From Candidatus Poribacteria bacterium (GTDB lineage Bacteria; Poribacteria; WGA-4E; WGA-3G): a DNA stretch of 64,000 bases. A program made the position numbers and the translations under genes. A model generated the notes under the pieces. That model ran no database searches. It was given only the letters and a program-made list of their open reading frames with translations, and had not been told where the DNA came from. This document shows, piece after piece, positions 29,209 to 39,588 of this stretch; within the stretch, counting starts at the first letter, position 1, and the number at the start of each line of letters is the position of its first letter. Location of the stretch: positions 4,074 to 68,073 of the forward strand of contig JAJEDB010000089.1 of the NCBI GenBank assembly GCA_022821725.1, in the 5' to 3' direction.

Positions 29209-30258
29209 TCAATTTAATCCAAGGATATCCCGATTCCGCGCAGTGTCGGTTTCTCCGCCTGCAAAGTCATCAAAGGCGACATTGGTCGTTTCGATGATAT
29301 GTTTAGCGATAAACGGTGCGCCCTCTGCCGCGCCTTGCTCTGGACTTTTAACACAACATTCCCATTCCAGGACCGCCCAGCTGTCGTAACCCGCTTCGGT
29401 CAGGAGTGTGAACACCTGTGTGAAATCCACTTGCCCATCACCAAGTGAACGGAACCTGCCAGCACGTCCAGCCCATGATTGATAACCGCCGTAAACCCCA
29501 ACCCGACCTGTTGGACGGAATTCAGCATCTTTAACGTGGAATCCTTTGATGCGTTCGCTGTAAAGTCGGATAAAGTCGATATAGTCGAGCTGTTGAAGGA
29601 GAAAATGGCTTGGGTCGTAGTTGAGGCAGGCGGCGGAATGGTTGTCGGTGTAATCCAAGAACATCTCGTAAGTCGCGCCATCGTAAATGTCCGAACCCGG
29701 ATGGAGTTCGTAGGCGAAGACCTGACCGTTATCGCGTGCCAGATCCAGGAGGGGTCGCCAACGTGCGGCGAGTTCTTTGAACGCCTCTTCAATAATTCCA
29801 TCGGGACGCTGGGGCCACGGGTAGATGGTATGCCACGCGAAGCCACCTGAAAGCACAGGAATGACATCCAGTCCCATATTCACCGAGGCGTGGATACATT
29901 TCGTTAATTCGTCTGTTGCCCATGCTGTTCTTTCAGGACCTCGTAAGCCGGGCGGATGGAACGCCTCAAACATAACTTCATACGCGGGATGCACAGCCAA
30001 GACCTGTCCAGCGAGATAACCGGCGACCTCTGTCGCTTCAAGTCCCATCTCGTTGAGTGTCCCCTTGAATTCATCGCAATAGGTTTTGGATTCAGCGGCT
30101 TTTCCGATGTCAATGACACGATCATCCCAATTCGGGATTTGGACGCCTTTGTACCCCAAGCCTGCAACCCATTTCCCGATATTTTCCATCGTGTCGTATG
30201 GTGCCTCGTCCCGCATGAATTGGGCGAGGAAGATAGCTGGACCTTTGATTTTAGGCAT
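29209..30258 (-). CDS. Sugar phosphate isomerase/epimerase (xylose-isomerase-like TIM barrel)
   Basis: Typical length and a YELHPGSDI metal-binding motif. The RBS is weak, so the start is uncertain. Confidence 0.6.
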   Translation of the reverse strand: MPKIKGPAIFLAQFMRDEAPYDTMENIGKWVAGLGYKGVQIPNWDDRVIDIGKAAESKTYCDEFKGTLNEMGLEATEVAGYLAGQVLAVHPAYEVMFEAFHPPGLRGPERTAWATDELTKCIHASVNMGLDVIPVLSGGFAWHTIYPWPQRPDGIIEEAFKELAARWRPLLDLARDNGQVFAYELHPGSDIYDGATYEMFLDYTDNHSAACLNYDPSHFLLQQLDYIDFIRLYSERIKGFHVKDAEFRPTGRVGVYGGYQSWAGRAGRFRSLGDGQVDFTQVFTLLTEAGYDSWAVLEWECCVKSPEQGAAEGAPFIAKHIIETTNVAFDDFAGGETDTARNRDILGLN

Positions 30259-30555
30259 TCTTCCTGTTGCTCCTGTCTTTGTATGTAATTCCTAACAATA
30301 TAAGAGGTGTGAGTGTTGTTATTAAGTACGCCATTCAGTTTCAAATCGGCGAAAAATAATTACCAAAAGTTCGCAAACTTTGGGTATAATATATAATAGT
30401 TCCTATGATATGTCAATAGTTGTAGTCATCAGTTCTCGGTGATCGATTGCAAGAGATTTATGATTTCATTAATACCCGTCTTGTAAGGGCTGGGTTACCC
30501 AGTCCCTACCGATATATAACCGACAACTGACAACTAATTAGCGAAAGGAAAAAGA

Positions 30556-31401
30556 GTGGAACAACCTATCTATGGATTGACGGTTCGCGGGGTAACGAAA
30601 CATTTCCATCGGACCAAGCGAACGAACGATAAACCGCGTTTTCATCAAAAACTTCAGCATATATTCAGGCGCGAGAAGGAAATCATCCGCGCAGTTGATG
30701 ACATCTCTTTAGAGGTAAACATCGGGGAAATCTACGGTATTCTCGGCGCGAATGGTTCAGGAAAGTCGACGCTAATTCGTCTCATTTCGACGCTGCTCCT
30801 GCCCGATGCTGGGAGCATTCAGGTCTTCGGAGACGACGTGGTGACAAATAGTCTGAAGGTTCGACAGGTGATGAACCGCGTCTCTGTTGAGGCTTCTTTC
30901 TTTAAACGTCTCTCTTCAGAAGAGAACCTGATTTACGCTGCCCGCCTCTACGGTATCCCCGCTCCCGAAGCCGAACGAAAATCAAAACAGATTTTGGAAA
31001 GACTCGGTTTTGATGCAGACCGGATGAACGAGGAGATGGAGCATCTCTCGCGCGGCATGCAACAGAAGGTTGCCATCGCACGTGCCTTACTCACCGCTCC
31101 CATGCTTCTCCTGCTCGATGAACCCACGACAGGACTCGATCCGAAATCTAAGCGCGATGTGCAAGCTTTTATTGAGGAGATCCGTCAAGAACGGAACGCT
31201 GTCATAGTGCTAACGACGCACGATATGGCGGAGGCAGAGCGGTTGTGCGACAAGATAGCGATTATTGATAAGGGACGATTTATCGCAGAAGGAACGGTAG
31301 AAGAACTCATCGCGAATGCCCCATCACAAAACGGGGTGCCAGCGACGTTGGAGGACGTGTTTATCGCCCTAACGGGTAAAGGGATTGAGGAGGAAGACTA
31401 A
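30556..31401 (+). CDS. ABC transporter ATP-binding protein
   Basis: GTG start. Walker A GANGSGKST; signature LSRGMQQKVAIARAL; Walker B LLLLDEPTTGLD. Confidence 0.85.
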   Translation: MEQPIYGLTVRGVTKHFHRTKRTNDKPRFHQKLQHIFRREKEIIRAVDDISLEVNIGEIYGILGANGSGKSTLIRLISTLLLPDAGSIQVFGDDVVTNSLKVRQVMNRVSVEASFFKRLSSEENLIYAARLYGIPAPEAERKSKQILERLGFDADRMNEEMEHLSRGMQQKVAIARALLTAPMLLLLDEPTTGLDPKSKRDVQAFIEEIRQERNAVIVLTTHDMAEAERLCDKIAIIDKGRFIAEGTVEELIANAPSQNGVPATLEDVFIALTGKGIEEED

Positions 31402-31405
31402 AGTT

Positions 31406-32212
31406 ATGCTGAATCTTGTCCGGGAAACAATTGTCTCCTACGCGTTCATTGAACGGAACTTCAATCTGTTAAAGCGGTATCTGAGCTGGGAAATCCTCTT
31501 TTTCAGTTATTCCATCGTCAATGCGCTAACAATCGGCTTGATTATGGTAGGGCGTGGCAGCAGTGAAGATGTGCTTTATCTGGTCATTGGTGCATTAATC
31601 TGGGGGTTTCTCTCCGTTATGATGCGTGAGGTAAGCGATGCGATTACATGGGAGCGGTGGGAAGGGACGATTGAATATACCTTTATGGCTCCGATTTATC
31701 GCATCACACATCTTGTGGGTTCATGTCTATTTGCGATTCTGTATGGGTTGCTTCGGACGGCTTTGGTTTTGGCGATAATGCCCCTCTTTTTTGGAGAACA
31801 CATTGACTTAAGCAATGCGAATTGGTTAACACTCGTGGTCACGGTTCTTATTTCCAGTCTCTCTTTCATTGGGATCGGTCTGATGGCGGCGATCTTTCCA
31901 CTGCTCTCACCGGAGAAGGGACAAGCCGCAACGGGTATTATTCAGTCGATGTTACTTTTGGTCTCCGGTATCTACTATGAAATTGAGGTATTACCGACGT
32001 GGCTTCAACCGATTTCCCAAATTTCGCCTGCCACGTATACACTCAGATCAATTCGTGCAGCGATGCTTGAGAACGCGTCCGTTGAGAGCCAGATTGGCAA
32101 TTTGTCTTTACTACTTGTCATTGGAGTCCTACTCATCCCACTTGGATTTTGGGTTTTCCATTTGGGTGAAAAATACGCCAAACGCGTCGGCAGACTTAAA
32201 AGAAGTGGTTAA
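31406..32212 (+). CDS. ABC-2 type transporter permease
   Basis: ATG follows GAGGAGGAAG at a 9-nt spacing, immediately after the ATPase stop. Six TM segments. Confidence 0.7.
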   Translation: MLNLVRETIVSYAFIERNFNLLKRYLSWEILFFSYSIVNALTIGLIMVGRGSSEDVLYLVIGALIWGFLSVMMREVSDAITWERWEGTIEYTFMAPIYRITHLVGSCLFAILYGLLRTALVLAIMPLFFGEHIDLSNANWLTLVVTVLISSLSFIGIGLMAAIFPLLSPEKGQAATGIIQSMLLLVSGIYYEIEVLPTWLQPISQISPATYTLRSIRAAMLENASVESQIGNLSLLLVIGVLLIPLGFWVFHLGEKYAKRVGRLKRSG

Positions 32213-32339
32213 AACTGAATTGGGTTCACTCACTTCATAGCCTCAAATTCCGGAGCCCGTAATGTAATGGAGGGCGGGTTTAAGGAACGCACGGGATAAG
32301 TAGGGCGCACGCTGTTTAACCGCAAGGAATAATTAAAAT

Positions 32340-35300
32340 ATGTCAGGATATTATAGATTTCCAACAGTTGGTCAAGATACCATTGTTTTTGTCTGTGAAG
32401 ATGATTTGTGGAGTGTTCCAACCGAAGGTGGAATTGCGCGGCGACTCACGTCAAATCTCGGTGCGACGAGTTCTCCACGCTTGTCCCCGGATGGTGAATT
32501 GCTCGCGTTCACGGGACGTGAAGAAGGTCCGTCAGAGGTATATGTGATGCCTGCCCTCGGCGGCGAAGCGAAGCGACTCACTTATCAGGGAAGCAACGCT
32601 GCTATCGTCGACTGGGATGCCGATAGTAAGACGATTCTCTATTCCAGTAATGCGGGGTTGGCATTTGATCCGTGGATATGGAAAATCTGTGCGGACGGAG
32701 GCGAACCGCAACGTTTATCCTATGGTCCTGCGAACCATATTGATTTCAGCAGTGATGGCGGCGTTGTTCTCGGTAGATTGACCCGGGAACCCGCGCGCTG
32801 GAAACGCTACCGCGGCGGCACTGCAGGACAAATCTGGATTGATCCCGAAGGGGATGGACAATTTCAACCGCTCGCGCCCGTAGATAGCAATTTCACGACA
32901 CCGATGTGGATCGGTGGACGTATCTATTTTATTTCTGACCATCAGGGTGTTGGCAATATCTATTCCTGCCTCCCTACGGGTGAAGACATTCAACGCCATA
33001 CACATCAGGATACCTATTACTGTCGTTCCGCGCAGACAGACGGCACGCGTATCGTCTACCACGCCGGTGCCGATCTGTTTGTTTATGAAATTGGGAACGA
33101 CACTGAAACCCGTGTTGATGTCGAATTTCGAAGCCCGCGCATCCAGCGGCAGCGAAAGTTCGTCAGTCCATCATATTACCTACAAGATTATGCCCCGACC
33201 CCGGACGGTCACGCATTGGCAGTGACGGTTCGAGGGAAACCCTTTACGATGGCGAATTGGGAAGGCGCAGTGCTCCAACACGGCGAGCGCACCGGAACAC
33301 GCTATCGCTTTACGGAGTGGCTCAATGACGGGAAACGTCTTGTGACGCTCTCCGATGCTGAGGGTGAAGAGGCACTCGAAATCCATACACGTGATGGGAG
33401 TGCTGCGGTTCTTCGGCTTGACACGCTTGACATCGGACATGTTCGGCAACTCGCGGTCGCTCCGCAAACCGAAGGCGATAAGAAGGATCAGCTGCTGCTT
33501 ATCAATAATCGTCTTGAACTTTTACACATTGATTTAGAGACACAAGAGATGCGGGTCCTGGATAAAGGGCATTATCAGAATATCCGAGATGTCGCCTGGT
33601 CCCCTGATGGTAAATGGTGTGCGTATAGTTTTGCATCTACGGAAACCACCCGCTCCATCAAACTCTGTGAGATTGAGACGGGTGAGACGTGGTTCGTTAC
33701 GGATCCAGAATTCAACGATTTCGGTCCGGCGTGGGATCCGGAGGGGAAGTATCTCTATTTTCTCTCCTATCGCGAGTTCAATCCCGTCTACGATGCACTC
33801 CACTTCGATCTTGGGTTTCCCACGGCAATGCGTCCGTTGCTGGTGACTTTGCAAAAGACCTTGGGCAACCCGTTCATCCCTGAACCCCGTCCGCTTGAGG
33901 AGGAGAAGGAAGATAAAGATGAAGAAGAGAAGGAACAGGATGGCGAGGATCAGGCATCTGATGAGAAATCTGAGCAGAAGCCAGAGAAACGCATCACGAT
34001 AGATCTGGAAGGTATCACGCAGCGCGTCGTCGCCTTCCCGTATCCGCACGGACGTTATGGGCAGATCGCTGGTATTGAAGGCAAAGCACTTTTCACGGCG
34101 TTTCCGGTCCAAGATACACCCCCAGACGATGATGAGGACAGCAGACCGAGAGGCGTGCTTCATGCCTACGACTTCAAAGAGCAGAAAAAGGAGAGACTGG
34201 TCGCCGGCATTAATGATTTTCAACTTTCGCGTGATGCGAAAACGCTTGTCTATTCCACTGGAAATCGGTTGCGCGTTCTCAAGGCAGGCAAAAAGGCTGA
34301 AGGCGATTCCAAGTCTGGGAGTCGGGGCGGTCCGAGCCGACAGACGGGTTGGATTGACCTGAGTCGTGTCAAAGCCTCCGTCGTTCCGACGGCTGAGTGG
34401 CATCAGATGTATCGGGAGGCGTGGCGACTTCAGCGGGATTACTTCTGGACGGAGGATATGTCGGATGTGAATTGGGAGCATGTGTATCAACGGTATCTAC
34501 CGCTCCTTGAACGGATCGCAACGCGCGGTGAATTTTCGGATTTGATGTGGGAGATGCAGGGGGAACTCGGCACTTCACATGCGTATGAAATGGGTGGGGA
34601 CTATCGGAGTTCACCGAATTATGCGCAAGGATTTCTCGGTGCGGATTTTGCTTACGATGCGGAAAGCAATGGGTATCGCATCACGCACATCCCGCGCGGC
34701 GACGGCTGGGAGTCAACAAAGGATTCCCCACTGAATGCCCCTGGCATTAATGTCCGAGAAGGCGATATTCTGCTTGCTATTGCCGGACAGCGTGTCAGCG
34801 AAACAGTTTCGCCGGGTGAACTGCTCGTGAGTCTCGCGAATCAGGAGGTTCAAGCGATCTTCCGAAACGCAAACGACGGTGAGGAACGCGTCGTCACACT
34901 CAAAGTGCTGCAAAGTGAAAGCCAGCTTCGGTATCGCGAATGGGTCTCCAAAAAGCGGCGGTATGTCCATGAAAAAACGGAGGGTCAAGTCGGGTATGTG
35001 CATATTCCTGATATGGGACGCCGTGGGTATGCGGAGTTTCACCGCGGGTTTCTCGCTGAGGTGAGTTATCCCGGTCTGTTGGTTGATGTCCGCTACAATG
35101 GGGGTGGACATGTTTCGCAACTGCTTTTAGAGAAGTTATCTCGCCGTCGGATTGGGTATGACGTTCCACGGTGGGGCACACCGCATCCATATCCAGATGC
35201 CTCTGTTTTGGGTCCGATGGTGGCTGTCACGAACGAGAACGCGGGTTCCGATGGCGATATTTTCTCGCACTGTTTCAAGTTGATGGAGTTGGGATTACTC

Positions 35301-35606
35301 ATCGGCAAACGGACATGGGGTGGCGTTATCGGCATCTCACCGCATCAGGCGTTCGTGGATAGGGGTGGCACAACGCAACCGGAGTATTCGTTCTGGTTCG
35401 TTGATGTTGGCTGGAGCGTCGAGAACTACGGGACGGATCCGGATATAGAGGTGGACTATCGTCCACAAGATTATGCGACAGAGGGCGACCCGCAGCTGGA
35501 CCGCGCAATAGAAGAACTCCTCCGGCAGATGGAGGAGAATCCGCCCGAAGTTCCCGATTTCGGTGAACGTCCGCGTTTGACATTGCCTACACTCCCGAAA
35601 GCGTGA
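32340..35606 (+). CDS. Tricorn protease homologue (TolB-like beta-propellers + PDZ + S41 peptidase)
   Basis: 1088 aa. N-terminal FPTVGQDTIVFVCEDDLWSVP and repeated TolB-like blades. C-terminal S41 region with GSDGD and IGKRTWGGV. There is an acidic insert, EEEKEDKDEEEKEQDGEDQASDEKSEQKPEK. Confidence 0.75.
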   Translation: MSGYYRFPTVGQDTIVFVCEDDLWSVPTEGGIARRLTSNLGATSSPRLSPDGELLAFTGREEGPSEVYVMPALGGEAKRLTYQGSNAAIVDWDADSKTILYSSNAGLAFDPWIWKICADGGEPQRLSYGPANHIDFSSDGGVVLGRLTREPARWKRYRGGTAGQIWIDPEGDGQFQPLAPVDSNFTTPMWIGGRIYFISDHQGVGNIYSCLPTGEDIQRHTHQDTYYCRSAQTDGTRIVYHAGADLFVYEIGNDTETRVDVEFRSPRIQRQRKFVSPSYYLQDYAPTPDGHALAVTVRGKPFTMANWEGAVLQHGERTGTRYRFTEWLNDGKRLVTLSDAEGEEALEIHTRDGSAAVLRLDTLDIGHVRQLAVAPQTEGDKKDQLLLINNRLELLHIDLETQEMRVLDKGHYQNIRDVAWSPDGKWCAYSFASTETTRSIKLCEIETGETWFVTDPEFNDFGPAWDPEGKYLYFLSYREFNPVYDALHFDLGFPTAMRPLLVTLQKTLGNPFIPEPRPLEEEKEDKDEEEKEQDGEDQASDEKSEQKPEKRITIDLEGITQRVVAFPYPHGRYGQIAGIEGKALFTAFPVQDTPPDDDEDSRPRGVLHAYDFKEQKKERLVAGINDFQLSRDAKTLVYSTGNRLRVLKAGKKAEGDSKSGSRGGPSRQTGWIDLSRVKASVVPTAEWHQMYREAWRLQRDYFWTEDMSDVNWEHVYQRYLPLLERIATRGEFSDLMWEMQGELGTSHAYEMGGDYRSSPNYAQGFLGADFAYDAESNGYRITHIPRGDGWESTKDSPLNAPGINVREGDILLAIAGQRVSETVSPGELLVSLANQEVQAIFRNANDGEERVVTLKVLQSESQLRYREWVSKKRRYVHEKTEGQVGYVHIPDMGRRGYAEFHRGFLAEVSYPGLLVDVRYNGGGHVSQLLLEKLSRRRIGYDVPRWGTPHPYPDASVLGPMVAVTNENAGSDGDIFSHCFKLMELGLLIGKRTWGGVIGISPHQAFVDRGGTTQPEYSFWFVDVGWSVENYGTDPDIEVDYRPQDYATEGDPQLDRAIEELLRQMEENPPEVPDFGERPRLTLPTLPKA

Positions 35607-35633
35607 TATGATATGTGTAAACGATAATCAACA

Positions 35634-35972
35634 ATGCGACAGATACATCCAAGAGAACTACAATTCTACCAGACCCCAAACGGGCGAGAACCTTTTACCG
35701 AATGGTTTGAATCAATTCAGAATCAGGAGACGCACGACAGAATTCAAAAGCGGCTTGACCGACTGTCCCTTGGCAATTTTGGCGATTGTAGAACTGTTGG
35801 TGGTGGAGTTTTTGAACTCCGTATTCATTTCGGAGCAGGCTATCGTGTTTATTTTGGAGAAGTGGATAACACAATTGTACTTTTGCTGTGTGGTGGTGAT
35901 AAATCATCGCAGACACGGGATATTGAACGCGCAAAAAACTATTGGTTAGAATACAAGGAGACACAACAATGA
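35634..35972 (+). CDS. Type II toxin, HigB/RelE-superfamily 'addiction module killer' protein
   Basis: 112 aa. GGGVFELRIHFGAGYRVYF is typical of the phage Gp49-like/HigB killer family. Its stop overlaps the start of the next gene. Confidence 0.65.
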   Translation: MRQIHPRELQFYQTPNGREPFTEWFESIQNQETHDRIQKRLDRLSLGNFGDCRTVGGGVFELRIHFGAGYRVYFGEVDNTIVLLLCGGDKSSQTRDIERAKNYWLEYKETQQ

Positions 35973-36376
35973 GAAAACTGAGAACATGGCGCGCATATCT
36001 AACTGAACGGTTTGCTGCTAATCCAGAAGAGGCAATTCGGTATCTCAAATTCTCATTTGAAGAATACCAAGTTGATCGTGACACACCTTTACTGCTGCTG
36101 GCATTGCGGACCGTCGTAGAATCACAGGGCGGGATTTCCGTACTCGCCAAGAAAACCGGGATCGCCCCGGAACCTCTCTCCGATACTCTGTCCAGCGACG
36201 AAGCACCACGGATTGATACGTTCAGTGCCATCCTCAACGGGTTAGGATGCCGGTTTTTGATTGAACCCATAGCAGACACAGATCACGGTTTTAAACCCGA
36301 TCGCGAAGAAGGAACAAACGTAAACACGGCTGTGGAGAAAGGCGTAGAACAAGTAGTTGAACCGCACCTGTCTTGA
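35969..36376 (+). CDS. HigA-like antitoxin (addiction module antidote, HTH)
   Basis: ATGA overlap with the toxin. The pattern EEAIRYLKFSFEE…LALRTVVESQGGISVLAKKTGI matches the antidote family that pairs with the killer protein. Confidence 0.6.
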   Translation: MRKLRTWRAYLTERFAANPEEAIRYLKFSFEEYQVDRDTPLLLLALRTVVESQGGISVLAKKTGIAPEPLSDTLSSDEAPRIDTFSAILNGLGCRFLIEPIADTDHGFKPDREEGTNVNTAVEKGVEQVVEPHLS

Positions 36377-36471
36377 TTTAAGCCGATAGTTCAAGTAATT
36401 TTTTTCCTTGATATCTCTTGATGGAATCTCTCAGAAATGTATCTTTGTTTGAGAAGAAAGACCATAAAAAC

Positions 36472-37674
36472 ATGCGTATACTTTGTGCGAACGTAGGGAG
36501 TACCTCGTTCAAATACCAAATTATTGATATGGAGACCACGACCTCTCTCGTTAAGGGAGGCGTGGACCGTATCGGTAATTCACCATCTGCCTTCACACAT
36601 GCGGTGCCCGGGAAGCCGTCCCGCGAAGGCGAAATTGAGGCGCCGACACATACTGCCGCTATTGCGCACGCCATGGATCTAATCACCGATGCCGAAGTTG
36701 GATGCTTGGAAGACTTGGGGCAATTGGACGGGGTCGGGTTCAAAACGATTCTTGCCCGAGGTTACTGGCGTTCCGCCCGGATTACCGAAGCTGTGATAAC
36801 CGCGCTGGAGACCTCTACACCGCTCGCACCGATGCATAACCCCGCTTATATCGCCTCCATCCGTGCCTTTCAGGCGTTGCTTCCCACAACCCCGCTCGTC
36901 GCAGTCTTTGAGACGTGGTTCCATCAAACAATTCCGGACTACGCCGCTGAATTCGGTGTGCCTCGCTTCTGGGTGGAACAGCACGACATCCGTCGTTACG
37001 GCTACCATGGGGCTTCACACCGATACATATCTGAACGCGTGCCGCAGCTGCTCGGACGGGAAACAGGGGACGGGTTACGCATTATCTCTTGCCATCTCGG
37101 TGGAAGTTCATCTCTCTGCGCTATCAAAGACGGAGAATCTATGGATACGTCCATGGGCACATCTACACAATACGGGATGATTCAGTCTACCCGTTGTGGC
37201 GAGTTAGACGCGTTTGCAGTGCTGTATATGATCGACAAAGAGGGATTCTCTACGGATGAAATTCGTCGTCAATTGGTTGAAGATTCCGGCTTGAAAGGGA
37301 TCTCCGGCACGAGCGGTGATATGCGTGATATAGAGGCTGCGATTGAGATAGGAAACGATGATGCCCGACTGGCATTGGAGACCTACGTTTACGGTGTAAA
37401 AAAATATATCGGTGCGTATATTGCTGCGCTTGGTGGCGTGGATGTGATCGCTTTTGCTGGGGGTATCGGAGAGAAAAGTCCCATCACGCGAGCAAAGATC
37501 TGTGAGGGACTTGAATGGTGCGGTATCTATTTAGATGCCGTAAAGAATGCGCAATTGACAGGCGAAGTCGATCTCTCAGCGGCTAACAGTCGCGCCAAAA
37601 TTCTGGTTGTTGCTACGAATGAAGAATTGATCGTTTCACGTGAGACGGCGCGGGTTCTCAAAGCGGGCACTTGA
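36472..37674 (+). CDS. Acetate/propionate kinase family (ASKHA) enzyme
   Basis: N-terminal MRILCANVGSTSFKYQII phosphate-1 motif; HLGGSSS phosphate-2; GTSGDMRDIE adenosine motif. Confidence 0.65.
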   Translation: MRILCANVGSTSFKYQIIDMETTTSLVKGGVDRIGNSPSAFTHAVPGKPSREGEIEAPTHTAAIAHAMDLITDAEVGCLEDLGQLDGVGFKTILARGYWRSARITEAVITALETSTPLAPMHNPAYIASIRAFQALLPTTPLVAVFETWFHQTIPDYAAEFGVPRFWVEQHDIRRYGYHGASHRYISERVPQLLGRETGDGLRIISCHLGGSSSLCAIKDGESMDTSMGTSTQYGMIQSTRCGELDAFAVLYMIDKEGFSTDEIRRQLVEDSGLKGISGTSGDMRDIEAAIEIGNDDARLALETYVYGVKKYIGAYIAALGGVDVIAFAGGIGEKSPITRAKICEGLEWCGIYLDAVKNAQLTGEVDLSAANSRAKILVVATNEELIVSRETARVLKAGT

Positions 37675-37681
37675 AGATTGT

Positions 37682-38476
37682 TCACATCAAGTATTCTCGT
37701 TCCCGGAAAATTCGGATGGCGAGCCACAGCAGCACGACTGTCAGTATAAAGATTACCAGAAGTGCCACCCACGCGGATAGCGGTGAGGTTCCTAAGACTG
37801 CATTGAAATCGCTTCGAGGGAGTTTATAACGGGGAAATAGCGTAAAAAGATAGTGTGATATAGAGAGTCTCTTGATTCCCGTTGCCATAATTGGCGCTGT
37901 GGTGATACTTTCCCACCCCATCAAATAGAGCAGTCCCCACAGGACTGGATTTTTGAATTTAGCTGCCAGCAGTGCAGCGAGTGCCCCGTAAATTAACAAT
38001 GCCAATGCCATTGAAGCGGTGTAACGTAGGCTCATCCCCAACTGGAAAAGCACACCGTTCTGTAGTTTTGGGTGTGTTATCATAATGCCGGTCAGAATCA
38101 GATGAGATGTTGCAATAAGCGTAACAGTTCCAACAAGATACGCGGCGAATTTGCTAAGGAGAATCATTGATCTGTGGAGCGGGCGCATCTGAAGATACAT
38201 CAAACCTTTTCCGTCGATCTCATCTGAGATGATTGCGGTGCCGTAGAAAATTGCGGATAGGTTCACCAAGAGTCCATAAAGTGCCAACGTTATCTGTGGG
38301 ATGAATCGGTTGACACTTCCACCCCCTCGTGCCATGAACCTAAATGCGAGTGCTATGGCAAGTGATAGCAAACATCCAAGCAGAATCAGGACGGTTCGTT
38401 TACTCCAAAACATTTGACGGAGCGTCACTTTAAAGAGTGCGAAATAGGCGGGGAACGATTTTGTGTTGAGAGACAT
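37682..38476 (-). CDS. Polytopic membrane protein, ABC-2-like permease candidate
   Basis: Six TM segments and the general ABC-2 architecture. No adjacent ATPase. Confidence 0.45.
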   Translation of the reverse strand: MSLNTKSFPAYFALFKVTLRQMFWSKRTVLILLGCLLSLAIALAFRFMARGGGSVNRFIPQITLALYGLLVNLSAIFYGTAIISDEIDGKGLMYLQMRPLHRSMILLSKFAAYLVGTVTLIATSHLILTGIMITHPKLQNGVLFQLGMSLRYTASMALALLIYGALAALLAAKFKNPVLWGLLYLMGWESITTAPIMATGIKRLSISHYLFTLFPRYKLPRSDFNAVLGTSPLSAWVALLVIFILTVVLLWLAIRIFREREYLM

Positions 38477-38738
38477 TTATCACCTTTCAGTCGATGAGAA
38501 TCTTAGATAATACTAACATTAATTTTGAGGTTTCGCAAGTTTTCTTTCGGATCACAGGTGTTAATTAGCAACCATTAGCAGTCAACAACAGTTGGGATTC
38601 GGGGATCTCTCCTACAGGGATACTGCTGATGGAACCTGAAAACTGAATGCCTTTCTGGCGATAGCAAACTTTTCTTGCATTCCGTTTATGCCTGTGTTAT
38701 CCTATTTACACAGAAACAGGTAATAGGGGAACAAAACT

Positions 38739-39545
38739 ATGAAATTGGGTTTATGCACCATTGCCTTTCAGGAGAAACCGCTGGAAGAGGTCATCGATAT
38801 AGCGGCAGACTACGGCTTTGACGGCATCGAAATTTGGGGAAAGCCGCCCCATCTGCCAGCGGACTATGACGAAAATTACGTCAAAAACGTTAGGGACATG
38901 GCGCACCAGAAGGGATTGTCGATTTCAGCGTTCGGTTCTTATGTGGAACCGTTAATGGACCTACACCAGCAACATTTCGAGGAAGCCTTCCAGATCGCGC
39001 ATGAATTAGGCACAGATCTCGTCAGAATTTGGTCTGGCGGTGGTCCCTCCAAATCCATCGCGCCTTCTGATAAACGCCTGATTCTCTTCCGATTGGTAAG
39101 CCTTGCCCAGTGGGCAAATTTCCGAAATATTCGACTTGGACTCGAAATGCACAATAACCATCTCACCGACAATGTCGCCAGCATCTTGGAGGCGATTGGA
39201 GGGGTGGGCGTGCCTTCACTGCGAACTTACTATCAACCCCTTTCACGTTCAGATGCCGACGAACCACATACTGCCGCTGAAAAACTCGCTGAACATATCG
39301 TAAACGTCCACGCTCAAAATTTTGACGAAACTGGAAAAGGATGTCCCATCGCAGACGGTGTAGTGGATTATACCCGGATCGTTGAAACGCTGAACACTGC
39401 GGGATACGATGGATACTTAGAGGTAGAATTCGTCCACGGCGATAACAAATTGGAAGCCCTTCAACGCGATCGCGACTACCTTGCGAGTTTAATTAACACC
39501 ACAAATGGGGAAATGCTGAAGGATCTCAACATCGAACCCGTCTAA
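38739..39545 (+). CDS. Sugar phosphate isomerase/epimerase (xylose-isomerase-like TIM barrel)
   Basis: MKLGLCTIAF…DGIEIWG is the characteristic N-terminus. The LEVEFVHGDN region fits the metal-binding His site. Confidence 0.65.
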   Translation: MKLGLCTIAFQEKPLEEVIDIAADYGFDGIEIWGKPPHLPADYDENYVKNVRDMAHQKGLSISAFGSYVEPLMDLHQQHFEEAFQIAHELGTDLVRIWSGGGPSKSIAPSDKRLILFRLVSLAQWANFRNIRLGLEMHNNHLTDNVASILEAIGGVGVPSLRTYYQPLSRSDADEPHTAAEKLAEHIVNVHAQNFDETGKGCPIADGVVDYTRIVETLNTAGYDGYLEVEFVHGDNKLEALQRDRDYLASLINTTNGEMLKDLNIEPV

Positions 39546-39588
39546 AATTGATATAAATGTGTCTTAAAAAATAGAAACGGGGATCCGT

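Noticed and set aside
31385-31405. Alternative TTG/ATG starts overlapping upstream genes (31385, 45895, 23947, 24671, 4063, 44226)
   Set aside because: Downstream in-frame starts have proper SD spacing or ATGA coupling. The longer versions overlap upstream coding sequence without an RBS.
33534-34490. 318-aa minus-strand ORF inside the tricorn protease gene; also other long antisense ORFs (1506-1940, 25043-25720, 35695-36279, 268-612, 42673-43218)
   Set aside because: Each is fully embedded antisense in a gene with clear family motifs. They lack RBS context and have skewed Arg/Ser-rich composition typical of antisense frames.
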